The notes: generated from the letters alone by a model not told the origin. A DNA stretch of 64,000 bases from an uncultured virus (IMG/VR IMGVR_UViG_3300028196_000002) (IMGVR_UViG_3300028196_000002); one strand, 5' to 3'; shown: positions 19,371 to 30,232, counted from the stretch's first letter. Program-made: numbers and translations.

Positions 19371-19565
19371 ATAAATTTATATATTAATAAATACACGTTA
19401 AATCAACCTTTATCAACATAAAAATAAAATTTTTAATTTATTGCTCAATAAACTATTAAATAATGGGTCCACACCTCATATATCCTTGAAAAAAATCTTT
19501 TATTTTCTTATATTATATGTAAATCATATTTATCATATGATGACTTTTGTTAAAATTTCCAATTA

Positions 19566-20102
19566 ATGACTAAAATAATTAATCTTTTCGGGGGACCGGG
19601 TATAGGTAAATCTTCCATATCGGCAGGATTAACATACAAATTAAAAAAAAATCACATTAGTTGTGATAACCCCTACGAGTTCCCAAAACTATTGGCTTGG
19701 GATGAGAATCACTCGGCGATAAGGGATCAACTCTTTGTGTTGGCGAACCAACATAGAGGGATTGTAAAGTCTTACGGTAAGGTGGATTATATAATATTGG
19801 ACTCACCAATAATTTTATCTTTAACATATAAAAGTTATTATAAATCTACTCAATACCCTGCCACGTTATATGGGGATACCTTTGATAAGTTGTTATTAGA
19901 GATACACAATCAGTACGATAATATCAACATAGTACTCGAAAGGGGTGTGGGTGTTCATAATAACGATGAAAGATACCAAGACTTAGAACAATCGGTAGAT
20001 TTAGACACGGTAATTGAAGAATCGTTGAGAAGACACGAATTACCATATCATAAAATAAAAGTGGATGATAACACTCTAACAAATATTTTAAATTTATTAT
20101 AA
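19566..20102 (+). CDS. P-loop kinase/ATPase (NadR/AAA_28-like)
   Basis: INLFGGPGIGKS; ILDSP. Confidence 0.75.
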   Translation: MTKIINLFGGPGIGKSSISAGLTYKLKKNHISCDNPYEFPKLLAWDENHSAIRDQLFVLANQHRGIVKSYGKVDYIILDSPIILSLTYKSYYKSTQYPATLYGDTFDKLLLEIHNQYDNINIVLERGVGVHNNDERYQDLEQSVDLDTVIEESLRRHELPYHKIKVDDNTLTNILNLL

Positions 20103-20713
20103 TGTATCAAAGAATAATCAAACTATCTATTGTTTGTCTCTTTATTGCGACGCAATCTGTTTTCGGTCAGGTAAAAACATATAAAGGTAAATTATATACT
20201 GTAATATACTCTGAGGACTACGAACAACCATTACAAGTCACTTATAAAGTTATGTGTCCCACCGGTGAAATAAGTAGGGATGGTATGGATTTTTGGAAAC
20301 CTTCTGGTTGGAAAACCTCAGATAATGAGGATTACAAGGCAAACATATACGACAAAGGTCATATGGCTCCTGCGGCGGCATTTAATTGTTATGATAAACA
20401 AACATTAAAAGAAACGTTTAATTATCTTAATTGTGCATTACAACACCAATCGTTAAATAGGGGTCCATGGAAAGAACTTGAGAGATTTGAAAGAGATTTA
20501 TCTAAAGTTTTTGAAAAGGTTGAGGTTGACATTACTATTCATTTTGATAATGAACCTGAATTTGTTGAGGGGGGAGCTCAGATCCCAAGTGGGTTTACTA
20601 AGGTCATTGTCTCGGGAGATCACAAATGGACTTTCTATTTTGATAATGTAAATCTGAAGGGTAGAGATTGGAGTGATTTCCAAATACCTAATAAAAAACC
20701 CATACTTCGTTAA
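20102..20713 (+). CDS. Secreted DNA/RNA non-specific endonuclease
   Basis: Signal peptide; YDKGHMAPAA, Q...LNRGPW..LE. Confidence 0.88.
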   Translation: MYQRIIKLSIVCLFIATQSVFGQVKTYKGKLYTVIYSEDYEQPLQVTYKVMCPTGEISRDGMDFWKPSGWKTSDNEDYKANIYDKGHMAPAAAFNCYDKQTLKETFNYLNCALQHQSLNRGPWKELERFERDLSKVFEKVEVDITIHFDNEPEFVEGGAQIPSGFTKVIVSGDHKWTFYFDNVNLKGRDWSDFQIPNKKPILR

Positions 20714-20719
20714 GAATTA

Positions 20720-20926
20720 ATGAGATATCCCTCGAATAGACGTAAAGGTGAGTACATCAATGATGAACTTTATCTAATACACGCGAAATATCCACAAGAT
20801 AGAGTTAAAGACCCCATAGCAATAAAAGAATGGTTAGGTGTGGATTATGTTTTTAAATCACATAGAGACCACACCTTCATTTTTTGTGAGTTGATTGAAT
20901 GTGTTGAATGGGAAGACGTTACTTAA
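20720..20926 (+). CDS. Hypothetical protein
   Basis: 68 aa operon member. Confidence 0.6.
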   Translation: MRYPSNRRKGEYINDELYLIHAKYPQDRVKDPIAIKEWLGVDYVFKSHRDHTFIFCELIECVEWEDVT

Positions 20927-21266
20927 CGCTTATTTTTCTTACCCTTTTTTTAGGTTTGACCGAATTATAGATACTTTTGAAATTATCCACAATATGTTTG
21001 AATATTGCGGCCATTTCGTAGTTTTCATTTTCTTCATTCTTTTTCCAAAGAATGGTTATCAAACTAAGTAATTCGTTTTCCGTTATCTTAATCTTACCCC
21101 CTATTGCTGTATTAACAACTTTAAGGGCTACATAGGATAATCCTCTTTTTTTGTCCTCCGTTAAACTGAAGTATCTCGTTACCTCAATAGTTTGACTAAC
21201 TTTATTACTAATTTTGTCGATAAGTTGTACGAACGACGGATGATTGATATCTACATTAATTCCCAT
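20919..21266 (-). CDS. Protein with UVR-like motif
   Basis: NEENENYEMAAIFKH; late box upstream. Confidence 0.65.
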   Translation of the reverse strand: MGINVDINHPSFVQLIDKISNKVSQTIEVTRYFSLTEDKKRGLSYVALKVVNTAIGGKIKITENELLSLITILWKKNEENENYEMAAIFKHIVDNFKSIYNSVKPKKRVRKISVK

Positions 21267-21323
21267 AAGTTCCTCGTTTATTAATAAATATCTGTTAATA
21301 ATGATTACTATTCGAAGTGAGTA

Positions 21324-21713
21324 TTATTTTCCCCACTTTCCTTCAGATACTATTTGGCAGATAACCCCATACACCGATAGGTCTTGGTAGGTATCTTTTA
21401 CAGATTCCCCAACATTGTCTTTGTTACCTAATAGAACTAATTGTTTTAGTCTTTGGATCTTATCGTTCATTCTAAACCACAAACCCATTTGAGACATTTT
21501 ACGGTCTTCTTTCTTTTCTAATGTAGTACCTAATGAAATATTATCGGGACCGTAATTAGATTGTTTTAAACAAAACAATTCATACTGTTCTTGCATAATA
21601 TTTTTAAACATCTGAGTTGTTTCGGGGTAGTTAGATTCAACTTCAGACACAACATCTGATGTTACCACTTTTGTTACTAATTGTTCTTCCATATTAAATT
21701 TGTTGTTTGACAT
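21324..21713 (-). CDS. DUF1599 / nucleotide-modification-associated domain protein
   Basis: KQSNYG...RMNDKIQRL...DTYQDLSVY. Confidence 0.7.
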   Translation of the reverse strand: MSNNKFNMEEQLVTKVVTSDVVSEVESNYPETTQMFKNIMQEQYELFCLKQSNYGPDNISLGTTLEKKEDRKMSQMGLWFRMNDKIQRLKQLVLLGNKDNVGESVKDTYQDLSVYGVICQIVSEGKWGK

Positions 21714-21793
21714 ATTATCGTCTATTTATAGTTTATATAAAGTATACGTAAAAAAACTTATAATATCAAATATTTATAAATAAACAACAGATT

Positions 21794-22030
21794 ATGGCAT
21801 CCAAAAAATCAAAAGAGTCAAAGAAACCCGAAAAGTCTCAAAAACCAAAAAATCAACAATTAATTCAAATGTTATCATTTAGAATTGTACCCGCTTATTT
21901 CAAGGAGATTGAAAAGGTGGCAGATAAAAAAGACATGACGGTCTCTAAATTGATTAGATCATACATTAAAGATGGTATGCACAACGATAAAGAGTTTACC
22001 GCAGATGACAAAGGGTTTAATATTGGTTAA
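21794..22030 (+). CDS. Ribbon-helix-helix DNA-binding protein
   Basis: LSFRI...IEKVA....TVSKLIRSYI. Confidence 0.65.
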   Translation: MASKKSKESKKPEKSQKPKNQQLIQMLSFRIVPAYFKEIEKVADKKDMTVSKLIRSYIKDGMHNDKEFTADDKGFNIG

Positions 22031-23065
22031 TTATTTGTCGAACCTCTTAAATGAGTTTTGACTTATCACATTTGTAACTACTCCTCCAATAAAACGGGGG
22101 AGTATTTTTTTGTCCGTATAACTCATAGCGGATCTTAAATACGACGTAAAGTTATCTACCCAACCTTCCAACGTATATTCAACCTTATTTCGTCTAACCA
22201 CTCCTTCAGATGTTTTTAAATTCTCTTTACCTAAAGATTTTTGTACTTCTTTAGTACTCATACCCCTGAATACTTTATAGAGTGGGATATCTGAGTTTAA
22301 ACATTCTTTTGCGAATTCACTATATTGATCAATAGGTTCATCACCTTTATTTGTTGTTTCACCACAACTCTCTAACGCCTTATTAAAAACAGAACCTAAC
22401 ATAACATAGTCGGCACCTAATGCAAGTGCCTTAATAATATCTGCATATGTTTTGAATCCTCCGTCGGCAACGATTTTAGTTGAGAGGTGTCTATTCCTTT
22501 TTTTAATTTTATTACACTCGTAAATTAAAGATGCCATTGGGTACCCAACACCTGTTTGGACGGTTGTTAAACATCCACCACCATTCCCTATACCAATCCT
22601 TACATAATCCGCCCCCGCAAGACAGTAGTGGTAGAAAGTATCAGGATTGGCCACATTACCCACCATTAACACTAAACGATTTTGGTGTTTTGATTTTGCG
22701 GCACGACACGAATTTAATAGATCTACCATATGACCATTGGCCACATCGATAAGTGCATACACGACCTTACCTTTAGGAATTTTAAAATTATTATTTAAGA
22801 ATATACCATCAAATTCGGTTAGACTGTAGGATAAAAAATGTTTATCACTAATATGGGTATCATCAGGATCCTTAATGCGAGGTAAAACCACCATTATACC
22901 TAAATCACTGAAGTAATGATGGTTTTTGCCATCAACAACGGTATCCATAGGTGCCGTCATTAAAGGTAATTTGTCTTGATCGTAAAAAGGGGTTACCTGT
23001 GATCTTGACCTTACGGACGTAGTGGGCGCAGGTTGAATTAGAACATCATTGAAATCGTACATCAT
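22031..23065 (-). CDS. guaC: GMP reductase / IMPDH family
   Basis: APMDTV, DVANGH, GIGNGGGCLT, ADGG, FRGMS; no CBS domains. Confidence 0.8.
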   Translation of the reverse strand: MMYDFNDVLIQPAPTTSVRSRSQVTPFYDQDKLPLMTAPMDTVVDGKNHHYFSDLGIMVVLPRIKDPDDTHISDKHFLSYSLTEFDGIFLNNNFKIPKGKVVYALIDVANGHMVDLLNSCRAAKSKHQNRLVLMVGNVANPDTFYHYCLAGADYVRIGIGNGGGCLTTVQTGVGYPMASLIYECNKIKKRNRHLSTKIVADGGFKTYADIIKALALGADYVMLGSVFNKALESCGETTNKGDEPIDQYSEFAKECLNSDIPLYKVFRGMSTKEVQKSLGKENLKTSEGVVRRNKVEYTLEGWVDNFTSYLRSAMSYTDKKILPRFIGGVVTNVISQNSFKRFDK

Positions 23066-23078
23066 AATCTAAAAATTG

Positions 23079-23432
23079 TTATTTTAAGTTTTTGGTAAGT
23101 TCTTTACCTTTCTCAGTTAAGAAGAATTGTTCTTCGGTGTTTTCGTCTTCGTAGGAGTCCATTACTCCCTGTTCCTTTAATTCATACATGATGGAACCAG
23201 TAACTATCGTCTTAAGTATTGTACTGAATTCTTTCTCCGACCAAAAGAAATCCAACTCAAGAGTGGGGTTTTCAACATACTTTTCGGTCACCAACTTTAT
23301 AAGTTTTTTGGTTGCGTACTCTTCACCAATATGGTAATCATCGAAGAAAAAAGATTCTCTAAGTCCCTCCAATATATTCTCCACATGATGTAGGACTACT
23401 TTGGGTGCGTCGTATTTGTTAGTCTGTGACAT
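23079..23432 (-). CDS. Hypothetical protein
   Basis: 117 aa; winged-helix-like C-terminal LTEKG. Confidence 0.65.
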   Translation of the reverse strand: MSQTNKYDAPKVVLHHVENILEGLRESFFFDDYHIGEEYATKKLIKLVTEKYVENPTLELDFFWSEKEFSTILKTIVTGSIMYELKEQGVMDSYEDENTEEQFFLTEKGKELTKNLK

Positions 23433-23537
23433 ATCAATAATATAGATAATATTTTTTTCCTAATCAACCCCCCCCATAAAGACTTTATTTTTAAGTTTAA
23501 ATTATTTATATTTAATCTTAAACAAGTAATTACTATT

Positions 23538-24791
23538 ATGGCAAAAAACGGAAAAATATTTATTCAGATCGCATCCTATAGAGATCCAGAACTGATTAAC
23601 ACCTTAGATGATTGTATTGATAAGGCGGACAAACCTGAAAACTTGGTATTTGGTATTTGTTGGCAACACTCTGATGAAGATGAGTGGGACAACATAGACA
23701 AATATAAAGACGATAAAAGATTTAAAATTGTTGATGTCAATTACAAAGACTCTAAAGGTGCGTGTTGGGCAAGAAACACACTACAACAAGAATATACAAA
23801 CGAGGAGTATACATTACAGTTAGATTCCCACCACAGATTTATTGAGGGTTGGGATACTGAACTTATAAAGATGTTGAAGGGGTTACAAAAGAAAGGACAT
23901 AAAAAACCTTTATTAACTTCTTATATTTCATCATATAATCCAGAGAACGACCCTGAAGGGAGAGTTAAAGTCCCATGGTTAATGAATTTTGATAGATTCA
24001 TACCTGAGGGTGCTGTTTTCTTCCTACCCGCAACTATACCAGGTTGGAAGGATATGACGGAACCAATACCTGGTAGATTTTATTCGGCACACTTTGCGTT
24101 TAGTTTAGGTAGTTTTGTTAAAGAGGTCCCCCATGATCCTGAGTACTATTTCCACGGTGAAGAAATAAGTATCGCTGTAAGAGCGTTCACCCATGGTTAT
24201 GACTTATTTCACCCACACAAAATTATCGCTTGGCACGAATATACTCGTAAAGGTAGAACCAAACAATGGGACGACGATAAGACTTGGGGTAACAGAAATA
24301 CCAACTCTCATTTACGAAATAGGAAGTTATTTGAAATGGATGGTTTAGAGAAAGATATAGATTTTGGAATTTACGATTTCGGTACTGAGAGAACCTTGGA
24401 GGATTATGAAAGGTATGCGGGTGTTAACTTCAAAAAGAGATCTGTACAGGAATATACAAAGAAAAATAACTTTGCACCAAACCCACCCTTATATGGTGAG
24501 GAGTATGAATCATCTTGGACAAGATCATTTAAACATTGTATTAATATACATAGGTCTTCTGTTACTGAAAAAGACTACTCATTTTGGGCGGTTATTTTCG
24601 AAGACGAGGATGGTACACCCATACACAGAGAAGATTTAAATAAACAACAAATAGACACTCATCTTAACAGTTCGGAGGACACATTTAATTTGTGGAAAGA
24701 ATTTGACACTGTTAGACAACCTCAAAAGTGGATTGTTTGGCCGCACTCGGAATCTAAGGGTTGGTTAGAAAAAATAGAAGGTAAATTATGA
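23538..24791 (+). CDS. GT60-like GlcNAc transferase (Skp1 hydroxyproline GlcNAc-T family)
   Basis: IASYRDPE, GACWAR, QLDSHHRF, FHGEE. Confidence 0.85.
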   Translation: MAKNGKIFIQIASYRDPELINTLDDCIDKADKPENLVFGICWQHSDEDEWDNIDKYKDDKRFKIVDVNYKDSKGACWARNTLQQEYTNEEYTLQLDSHHRFIEGWDTELIKMLKGLQKKGHKKPLLTSYISSYNPENDPEGRVKVPWLMNFDRFIPEGAVFFLPATIPGWKDMTEPIPGRFYSAHFAFSLGSFVKEVPHDPEYYFHGEEISIAVRAFTHGYDLFHPHKIIAWHEYTRKGRTKQWDDDKTWGNRNTNSHLRNRKLFEMDGLEKDIDFGIYDFGTERTLEDYERYAGVNFKKRSVQEYTKKNNFAPNPPLYGEEYESSWTRSFKHCINIHRSSVTEKDYSFWAVIFEDEDGTPIHREDLNKQQIDTHLNSSEDTFNLWKEFDTVRQPQKWIVWPHSESKGWLEKIEGKL

Positions 24792-25615
24792 AAAAAGTAT
24801 TAACAGGATTCAGTAATAACATATCCCAACATAAGAACAAAATTAAATGGTGGGTAGAAAGTTTTAGAAAACATTCAGATGCGGAGATTGTTTTAATTGC
24901 CGCAAATACCACAGATGAAGATAGACAAGCGTTAGAAGATCTTAAGGTAAAATATGTGGAGGTTATTGAGGAGGATACATGGAGAATTAACCACCAAAGA
25001 CTAATTCACACAAGAAATTTTATAGAGTCTTACGATGCGGATTTATTTTTAGCTACAGATGTATTTGACGTTCTATTCCATTCAGATCCTTTTGAGATGT
25101 TGGATACTGACAATCATGATATATGGTTTAGTCGAGAAGGTATTTTAGTTAGGGAGGAACCATGGAACGCGGACGTATTAAAAAAGACATTTCCTAATGA
25201 AGTACAATCATGTATGAATACCGAGATAGTATGTTCGGGTATAATGGCGGGTAAGAAAGATGCGTTTGTAAAGTTGTATGATAAAATGTATGAAATGTGT
25301 GAAAATAGTGAAGACGGACATAATATTAAAGATCAGGCCGCACTAATTATTTTAGTTAAGGATCAATGGATTGAGAATCTAAGAATCTTTGATTTAGATG
25401 AGGGATGGGCAATGCATTGTGCAACGTCAGGACCAACACAGTACTTTACTCAATGGGGTATGAAAAACAACATTTTAGGTAAAGGTTATGGAATCCCCGA
25501 ATTAAAGGAAGACGGATCTGTTTATAATAGTAAAACAAATAATAAATACGCCATGGTTCACCAATTCAATAGAATTGAGGAGTGGTCAAATATTTTAACA
25601 AAAGAGTATGAGTAA
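24788..25615 (+). CDS. GT-A fold glycosyltransferase-like
   Basis: TDVFDV, CSG, DQAAL, HQF. Confidence 0.65.
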   Translation: MKKVLTGFSNNISQHKNKIKWWVESFRKHSDAEIVLIAANTTDEDRQALEDLKVKYVEVIEEDTWRINHQRLIHTRNFIESYDADLFLATDVFDVLFHSDPFEMLDTDNHDIWFSREGILVREEPWNADVLKKTFPNEVQSCMNTEIVCSGIMAGKKDAFVKLYDKMYEMCENSEDGHNIKDQAALIILVKDQWIENLRIFDLDEGWAMHCATSGPTQYFTQWGMKNNILGKGYGIPELKEDGSVYNSKTNNKYAMVHQFNRIEEWSNILTKEYE

Positions 25616-26369
25616 AAATATTGCATGTATGTGTACGATGTCACATCAACACAATAGGTTAGATACCGATTGGTTACCTCTTATAACCAAAGATAATTAT
25701 GATAAGGAATTGATTGTTGATGTTACAAGAGACCAATCATTTAAACCAGGTTTTCACTTTACTGAGGATGGGGTTAGAACAAATCTTAATTTTCCACATA
25801 ACGTAAGTAAGAGACATTATTGGAATAGTCATGGTAACAGGAACATAATTTGGTTTCACGCTCATTTACGTATGTTAAATTTTTACTTATCTAACCCTGA
25901 TTACGAATATTATTGGTTTTTTGATGATGACGTAAGAATAGATGATTGGAATTCATTTTTAACTCAGACAGACACAGATGATTCTGATTTCATATCATAT
26001 TTTGTATTTAAAAAAGATGGGGTTAGTAGTCAACCTAATGTCCCTGTAATAGATAATAGAACAACATCATCACACATGTGGTTAGAGAGATTCCCTGGTG
26101 ACGGGGATACATTACCAGATGGTATTACAGAATGGTTTGGTTCATTCTTTCCTACGGTAAGATATTCTAACAGGGCAATGAAAAAATTATTAGAATTAAA
26201 TAATCAAGGATACCATGGTTATGGTGAAGGGTTTGTACCGACAGTCTTAAATCAATGTGGTATGAAAATAACAAGTTTAATTACTTCAAATGATGATTCT
26301 AATTTATTTGATTTTGAAAACAATAAAATTTGGCACAAAAACACAATTGTAGATTGGGCATGGATATAA
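25608..26369 (+). CDS. Putative glycosyltransferase
   Basis: YEYYWFFDDDV; EGFVPT; position in cluster. Confidence 0.55.
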   Translation: MSKNIACMCTMSHQHNRLDTDWLPLITKDNYDKELIVDVTRDQSFKPGFHFTEDGVRTNLNFPHNVSKRHYWNSHGNRNIIWFHAHLRMLNFYLSNPDYEYYWFFDDDVRIDDWNSFLTQTDTDDSDFISYFVFKKDGVSSQPNVPVIDNRTTSSHMWLERFPGDGDTLPDGITEWFGSFFPTVRYSNRAMKKLLELNNQGYHGYGEGFVPTVLNQCGMKITSLITSNDDSNLFDFENNKIWHKNTIVDWAWI

Positions 26370-27712
26370 AGAATACTACTATAGTTACCGCAATATTTGA
26401 TATTGGTAGAGATGAGTGGGACAACTTCACAATGTCTTACCACACCTACTTAATGTGGATGAGAAACATTCTTTTTTTAGATACCAATATGGTAATCTAC
26501 ACTGAGGAAAAATTTAAAAAACAGATCATTGATTTTAGGAAAGAGGTTGATCCAACATTAGAAAAAACAATTATTGTTATTGAACCGTTAGAAAATATCA
26601 TTGGTTATAAGAAGTTCTTTAATCCTCTTAATACTTTAATGTCTAGCGAGTCCTTCAAATCTAAAATACAATTTCAAGTACCTGAAATGACTAAACCACT
26701 TTATAACGTGGTTATGTTTGCAAAACTTTTTTACATATTAGATGCACATAAAAGAAACTTATTTAATACTGATTTATTTGTATGGGCGGATGCGGGTGTA
26801 CTAAGAAACGACAAACCTGAATTAGGTATTAGTTGGCCCGATACACAGAAAATAAATGAATTAGATAATAATAAAGTAACCTTCTTTTGTCACCATCCTT
26901 ATGTTAGGGTTGGTGAGGATCATTATGAACAACATGCATTATCTCAAATGAGATATATACAAGGTGGTTCCATTTTCGTACCTAAGAAGTGTGTTGATGA
27001 GGTATGTGAGATATTTGAAGATGTTGTGAAAGAGTCTGTGGAAGGTGGGTACGTTGGTAGTGACGAAAAAATGTTTGACTTCTTATACTTGAGAGATCCA
27101 AATAAGTATAACTTAATACAATGTGGTTGGAGGGAGTATATAGATTTATTTACAAGTGATAAGGATTTGAAAGTAGTTGTCTCAAGATACAACGAAGATA
27201 CTTCTTGGACCAATAAACTAAATTATGAATCAATTATATTCAATAAAAATGAATCGGATAATCACCTGTATGAAAATAATTTACCTAATGTTGGTAGAGA
27301 AACTCATACATTCATGTCATATATAATTGACAATTATGATAACCTACCTAATTACGTTGCATTTGTCCAAGGTAATCCATTTGATCATTGTAATGACGTG
27401 ATAAATGAAATCAACGGATTTGATTTCAAGAGTGAATTTTTACCTTTAGGTAGAGTGCATAGATATAATATGGAATATGAGTCTATTGATGATCAGATGA
27501 GATCTTTCGGCGAAACTATGGGTATTAACATAACTTTCCCTTCATATAACGTACCGGGTGCACAACACATAATCAGTAGAAGGTTAATTAGAAAACACCC
27601 TATTGAGTTTTATAAAAAAATACATTCTTTAGTTAATACTGAACTATATCCTTTCTCATGTTTGGATTTTGAGAAGACTTTATTTCAAATATACGGAATA
27701 TATAATGTTTGA
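26360..27712 (+). CDS. HtrL/YibB-like glycosyltransferase fused to DUF3431-like domain
   Basis: TIVTAIFDIGR, WADAG; C-terminal VSRYNED..W, NVGRETHT. Confidence 0.7.
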   Translation: MDIKNTTIVTAIFDIGRDEWDNFTMSYHTYLMWMRNILFLDTNMVIYTEEKFKKQIIDFRKEVDPTLEKTIIVIEPLENIIGYKKFFNPLNTLMSSESFKSKIQFQVPEMTKPLYNVVMFAKLFYILDAHKRNLFNTDLFVWADAGVLRNDKPELGISWPDTQKINELDNNKVTFFCHHPYVRVGEDHYEQHALSQMRYIQGGSIFVPKKCVDEVCEIFEDVVKESVEGGYVGSDEKMFDFLYLRDPNKYNLIQCGWREYIDLFTSDKDLKVVVSRYNEDTSWTNKLNYESIIFNKNESDNHLYENNLPNVGRETHTFMSYIIDNYDNLPNYVAFVQGNPFDHCNDVINEINGFDFKSEFLPLGRVHRYNMEYESIDDQMRSFGETMGINITFPSYNVPGAQHIISRRLIRKHPIEFYKKIHSLVNTELYPFSCLDFEKTLFQIYGIYNV

Positions 27713-28787
27713 TTATCTAATAGTTGGTAGTGGATTTTTTGGGTCTATTTGTGCTAGAGAACTTACTGACAAGGGTAATAAAGTTTGTGTAATTGAAAAT
27801 AGGAACCATATCGGTGGTAACTGTTACACATCAAATAGAGACGGTATAAATGTTCATGACTATGGTCCTCATATTTTTCATACCTCAAACGAAGAGGTAT
27901 GGAAATGGATAAATCAATATGCGGACTTTAATAATTTTACTTTAAGACCAGTTGCAAATTACGAAGGTGAGGTTTATTCCTTACCATTTAATATGTGGAC
28001 ATTCTCCAAATTATGGGGAGTCACTCATCCTTATGAGGTGAAAGAGATAATTAAACAACAAAGTTCTCATATTAACAACCCAAAGAATTTAGAAGAACAA
28101 GCAATTAAACTCGTTGGGGTTGACGTATATGAAAAGTTAATAAAGGGGTATACGGAGAAACAATGGAGAAAAAATGCAACTGACCTACCTAAAGAAATAA
28201 TTAAAAGATTACCTGTTAGATTTACATACGATAACAATTACTTTAATGACAAGTACCAAGGAATTCCCATAGGTGGATATACTCAAATATTTGATAAACT
28301 TTTAGAGGGTATTGAAGTTAGGTTGGAGACTGATTTTTTTAAGAGTAAATTACCGAAACATAAAAAAGTAATTTATACGGGACCTATTGATAGGTATTTT
28401 AATTATAAGTTTGGTGAGTTGGAATATAAGACTACAGAGTTTCATCACAAAAAGATGGGGACCGACAATTATCAAGGTGTTGTAATGATGAACTATACTG
28501 AAAAGGATATTCCCTACACTAGAACCATTGAACATAAACACTTTGAAGATATAAAGTCTGAAAATAGTTGGGTTACATGGGAATACCCCACCGAATATAA
28601 GGCGGGTTTAACGGAACCTTACTATCCTGTTAACGATAAGGAGAATACTAAAATCTACAAGAAGTATAAAAATTTAGCTGATAAGGAGAAGGATGTTTAC
28701 TTTGGTGGTAGATTAGCAGAATACAAATATTATGACATGCATAAGGTAATTGAGTCTGCGCTTAACTTTATAAAAAAAACCCTCTGA
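27705..28787 (+). CDS. glf: UDP-galactopyranose mutase
   Basis: GSGFFG, HIGGN, YGPHIFHT, EPYYP, GRLAEYKYYDM. Confidence 0.95.
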   Translation: MFDYLIVGSGFFGSICARELTDKGNKVCVIENRNHIGGNCYTSNRDGINVHDYGPHIFHTSNEEVWKWINQYADFNNFTLRPVANYEGEVYSLPFNMWTFSKLWGVTHPYEVKEIIKQQSSHINNPKNLEEQAIKLVGVDVYEKLIKGYTEKQWRKNATDLPKEIIKRLPVRFTYDNNYFNDKYQGIPIGGYTQIFDKLLEGIEVRLETDFFKSKLPKHKKVIYTGPIDRYFNYKFGELEYKTTEFHHKKMGTDNYQGVVMMNYTEKDIPYTRTIEHKHFEDIKSENSWVTWEYPTEYKAGLTEPYYPVNDKENTKIYKKYKNLADKEKDVYFGGRLAEYKYYDMHKVIESALNFIKKTL

Positions 28788-28931
28788 TTAGGAGGATTTT
28801 TCTTCTTTCTTAGGTGCTTGTACACCTTTCTCAGCTTCGGCCTTTTTAGCCAAGTGATTTTTAATCTCGGTTTTGTGTTGTGATGAGATCTTTTTTCTTT
28901 CGTCTTCCGACATTCCAAATGGTCCTGACAT
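28788..28931 (-). CDS. Small hypothetical protein (47 aa)
   Basis: Translated by hand: MSGPFGMSEDERKKISSQH...; follows 28936 ORF. Confidence 0.55.
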   Translation of the reverse strand: MSGPFGMSEDERKKISSQHKTEIKNHLAKKAEAEKGVQAPKKEEKSS

Positions 28932-28935
28932 GATT

Positions 28936-29223
28936 TTAAATATTTAGTATTTTTATTATTTTATCTTTCTTTTTAGTGAGAATAACACATCTCTCGTATT
29001 CTTCTCTCTCTTCATAAATACCCACTAATGCGGTTACTATTTCAAGACACAACTCTAAATCAGAATCGTAAGAAAGGATGGTCTTAGAAGTAAGGTAATG
29101 AAATAATATTGTTTTGTCAACCTTTGATATGAACTTGTATATCATTTCTAACTCATCCTCATCATAATTACCAACGTGAAGAATTCTAGTGGATTGTAAT
29201 AAGAAGTTTATTGATAGATCCAT
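28936..29223 (-). CDS. Protein with C-terminal UVR-like motif
   Basis: YEEREEYERCVILTKKKD. Confidence 0.65.
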   Translation of the reverse strand: MDLSINFLLQSTRILHVGNYDEDELEMIYKFISKVDKTILFHYLTSKTILSYDSDLELCLEIVTALVGIYEEREEYERCVILTKKKDKIIKILNI

Positions 29224-29544
29224 TTATGGTAGTGCAAAATTATTTAATGTCTTAAAACAACTCATAAACCCTTCCATCTCCACCTCTTCTCTGGTGGACA
29301 TGGAGGATTGTTTAGGACAAATTATTGTTCCATCACCTAACGATATAGTATATAACCATTGATCAGGTCCTATTCTCTCTATTGTTAGGTACATCTTGTA
29401 TTTATCAAAAAAATAGTATAACCTCTTAGATTCAAATAAATCTAAAGTGGACACACTTAACACTCCCACGTATGGGAACATCGTGTTAACAAACCTATCA
29501 TACGAAAGAGGATAGTCTTTTTTTATTTTCTTCCAGTTTAACAT
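29224..29544 (-). CDS. Hypothetical protein
   Basis: 106 aa operon member. Confidence 0.65.
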   Translation of the reverse strand: MLNWKKIKKDYPLSYDRFVNTMFPYVGVLSVSTLDLFESKRLYYFFDKYKMYLTIERIGPDQWLYTISLGDGTIICPKQSSMSTREEVEMEGFMSCFKTLNNFALP

Positions 29545-29587
29545 ACTAAAAAGTACACATTTAATATAAAATTGTATATTTATTAAT

Positions 29588-30196
29588 ATGAAATTTATTC
29601 TAAAAGAGTCTCAACTTATAAATATATTCAAATCTGAGTTTGGTGCGACCGTAAACGAAGGTGTCATAGACAACTTTTTAAAAATATACGGTGCGGCAAT
29701 GAAATCATCAGGTGAATCTGAATCTGAATCGGATCTTAACCCTAATTTTGACTATCAGGGACTTCCACCCGAGAATTTTGATCAAATAGACATATGGCCA
29801 GTAAATGGTGCGACATTAACAAGTGGGTTTGGACCAAGAAATATAGGTGGTAGTGCAAGTAAAAACCATAGAGGTTGTGATTTAGGAGTACCATCAGGTA
29901 CACCTGTATATGCAGTTGCAAATGGTAAAGTAAAGTCGGCAAAAAATACCGAACCTAATGGATGTGGTGGGTTTGTTAAAATTAAACATAAAGATTATAT
30001 TACAAAATATTGTCACCTATCTCAATGGTCAGTCAGTAAGGGCGATGAAGTTACTAAGGGACAAAAAATAGGATTATCAGGTGGTACTAAAGGAGCCAAA
30101 TTCGCGGGTAATTCTATGGGACCACATTTGCATTATGAGGTATTAATTAATAACAAACAAGTAGATCCTGTTAAGGTACACGGAACACTTTCGTAA
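29588..30196 (+). CDS. M23 family peptidase with ESQL N-terminus
   Basis: HRGCD, YCHL, GPHLHYE. Confidence 0.9.
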   Translation: MKFILKESQLINIFKSEFGATVNEGVIDNFLKIYGAAMKSSGESESESDLNPNFDYQGLPPENFDQIDIWPVNGATLTSGFGPRNIGGSASKNHRGCDLGVPSGTPVYAVANGKVKSAKNTEPNGCGGFVKIKHKDYITKYCHLSQWSVSKGDEVTKGQKIGLSGGTKGAKFAGNSMGPHLHYEVLINNKQVDPVKVHGTLS

Positions 30197-30232
30197 AGTT
30201 CCAAGTAATTATAGTTTACTATACTATAATTT

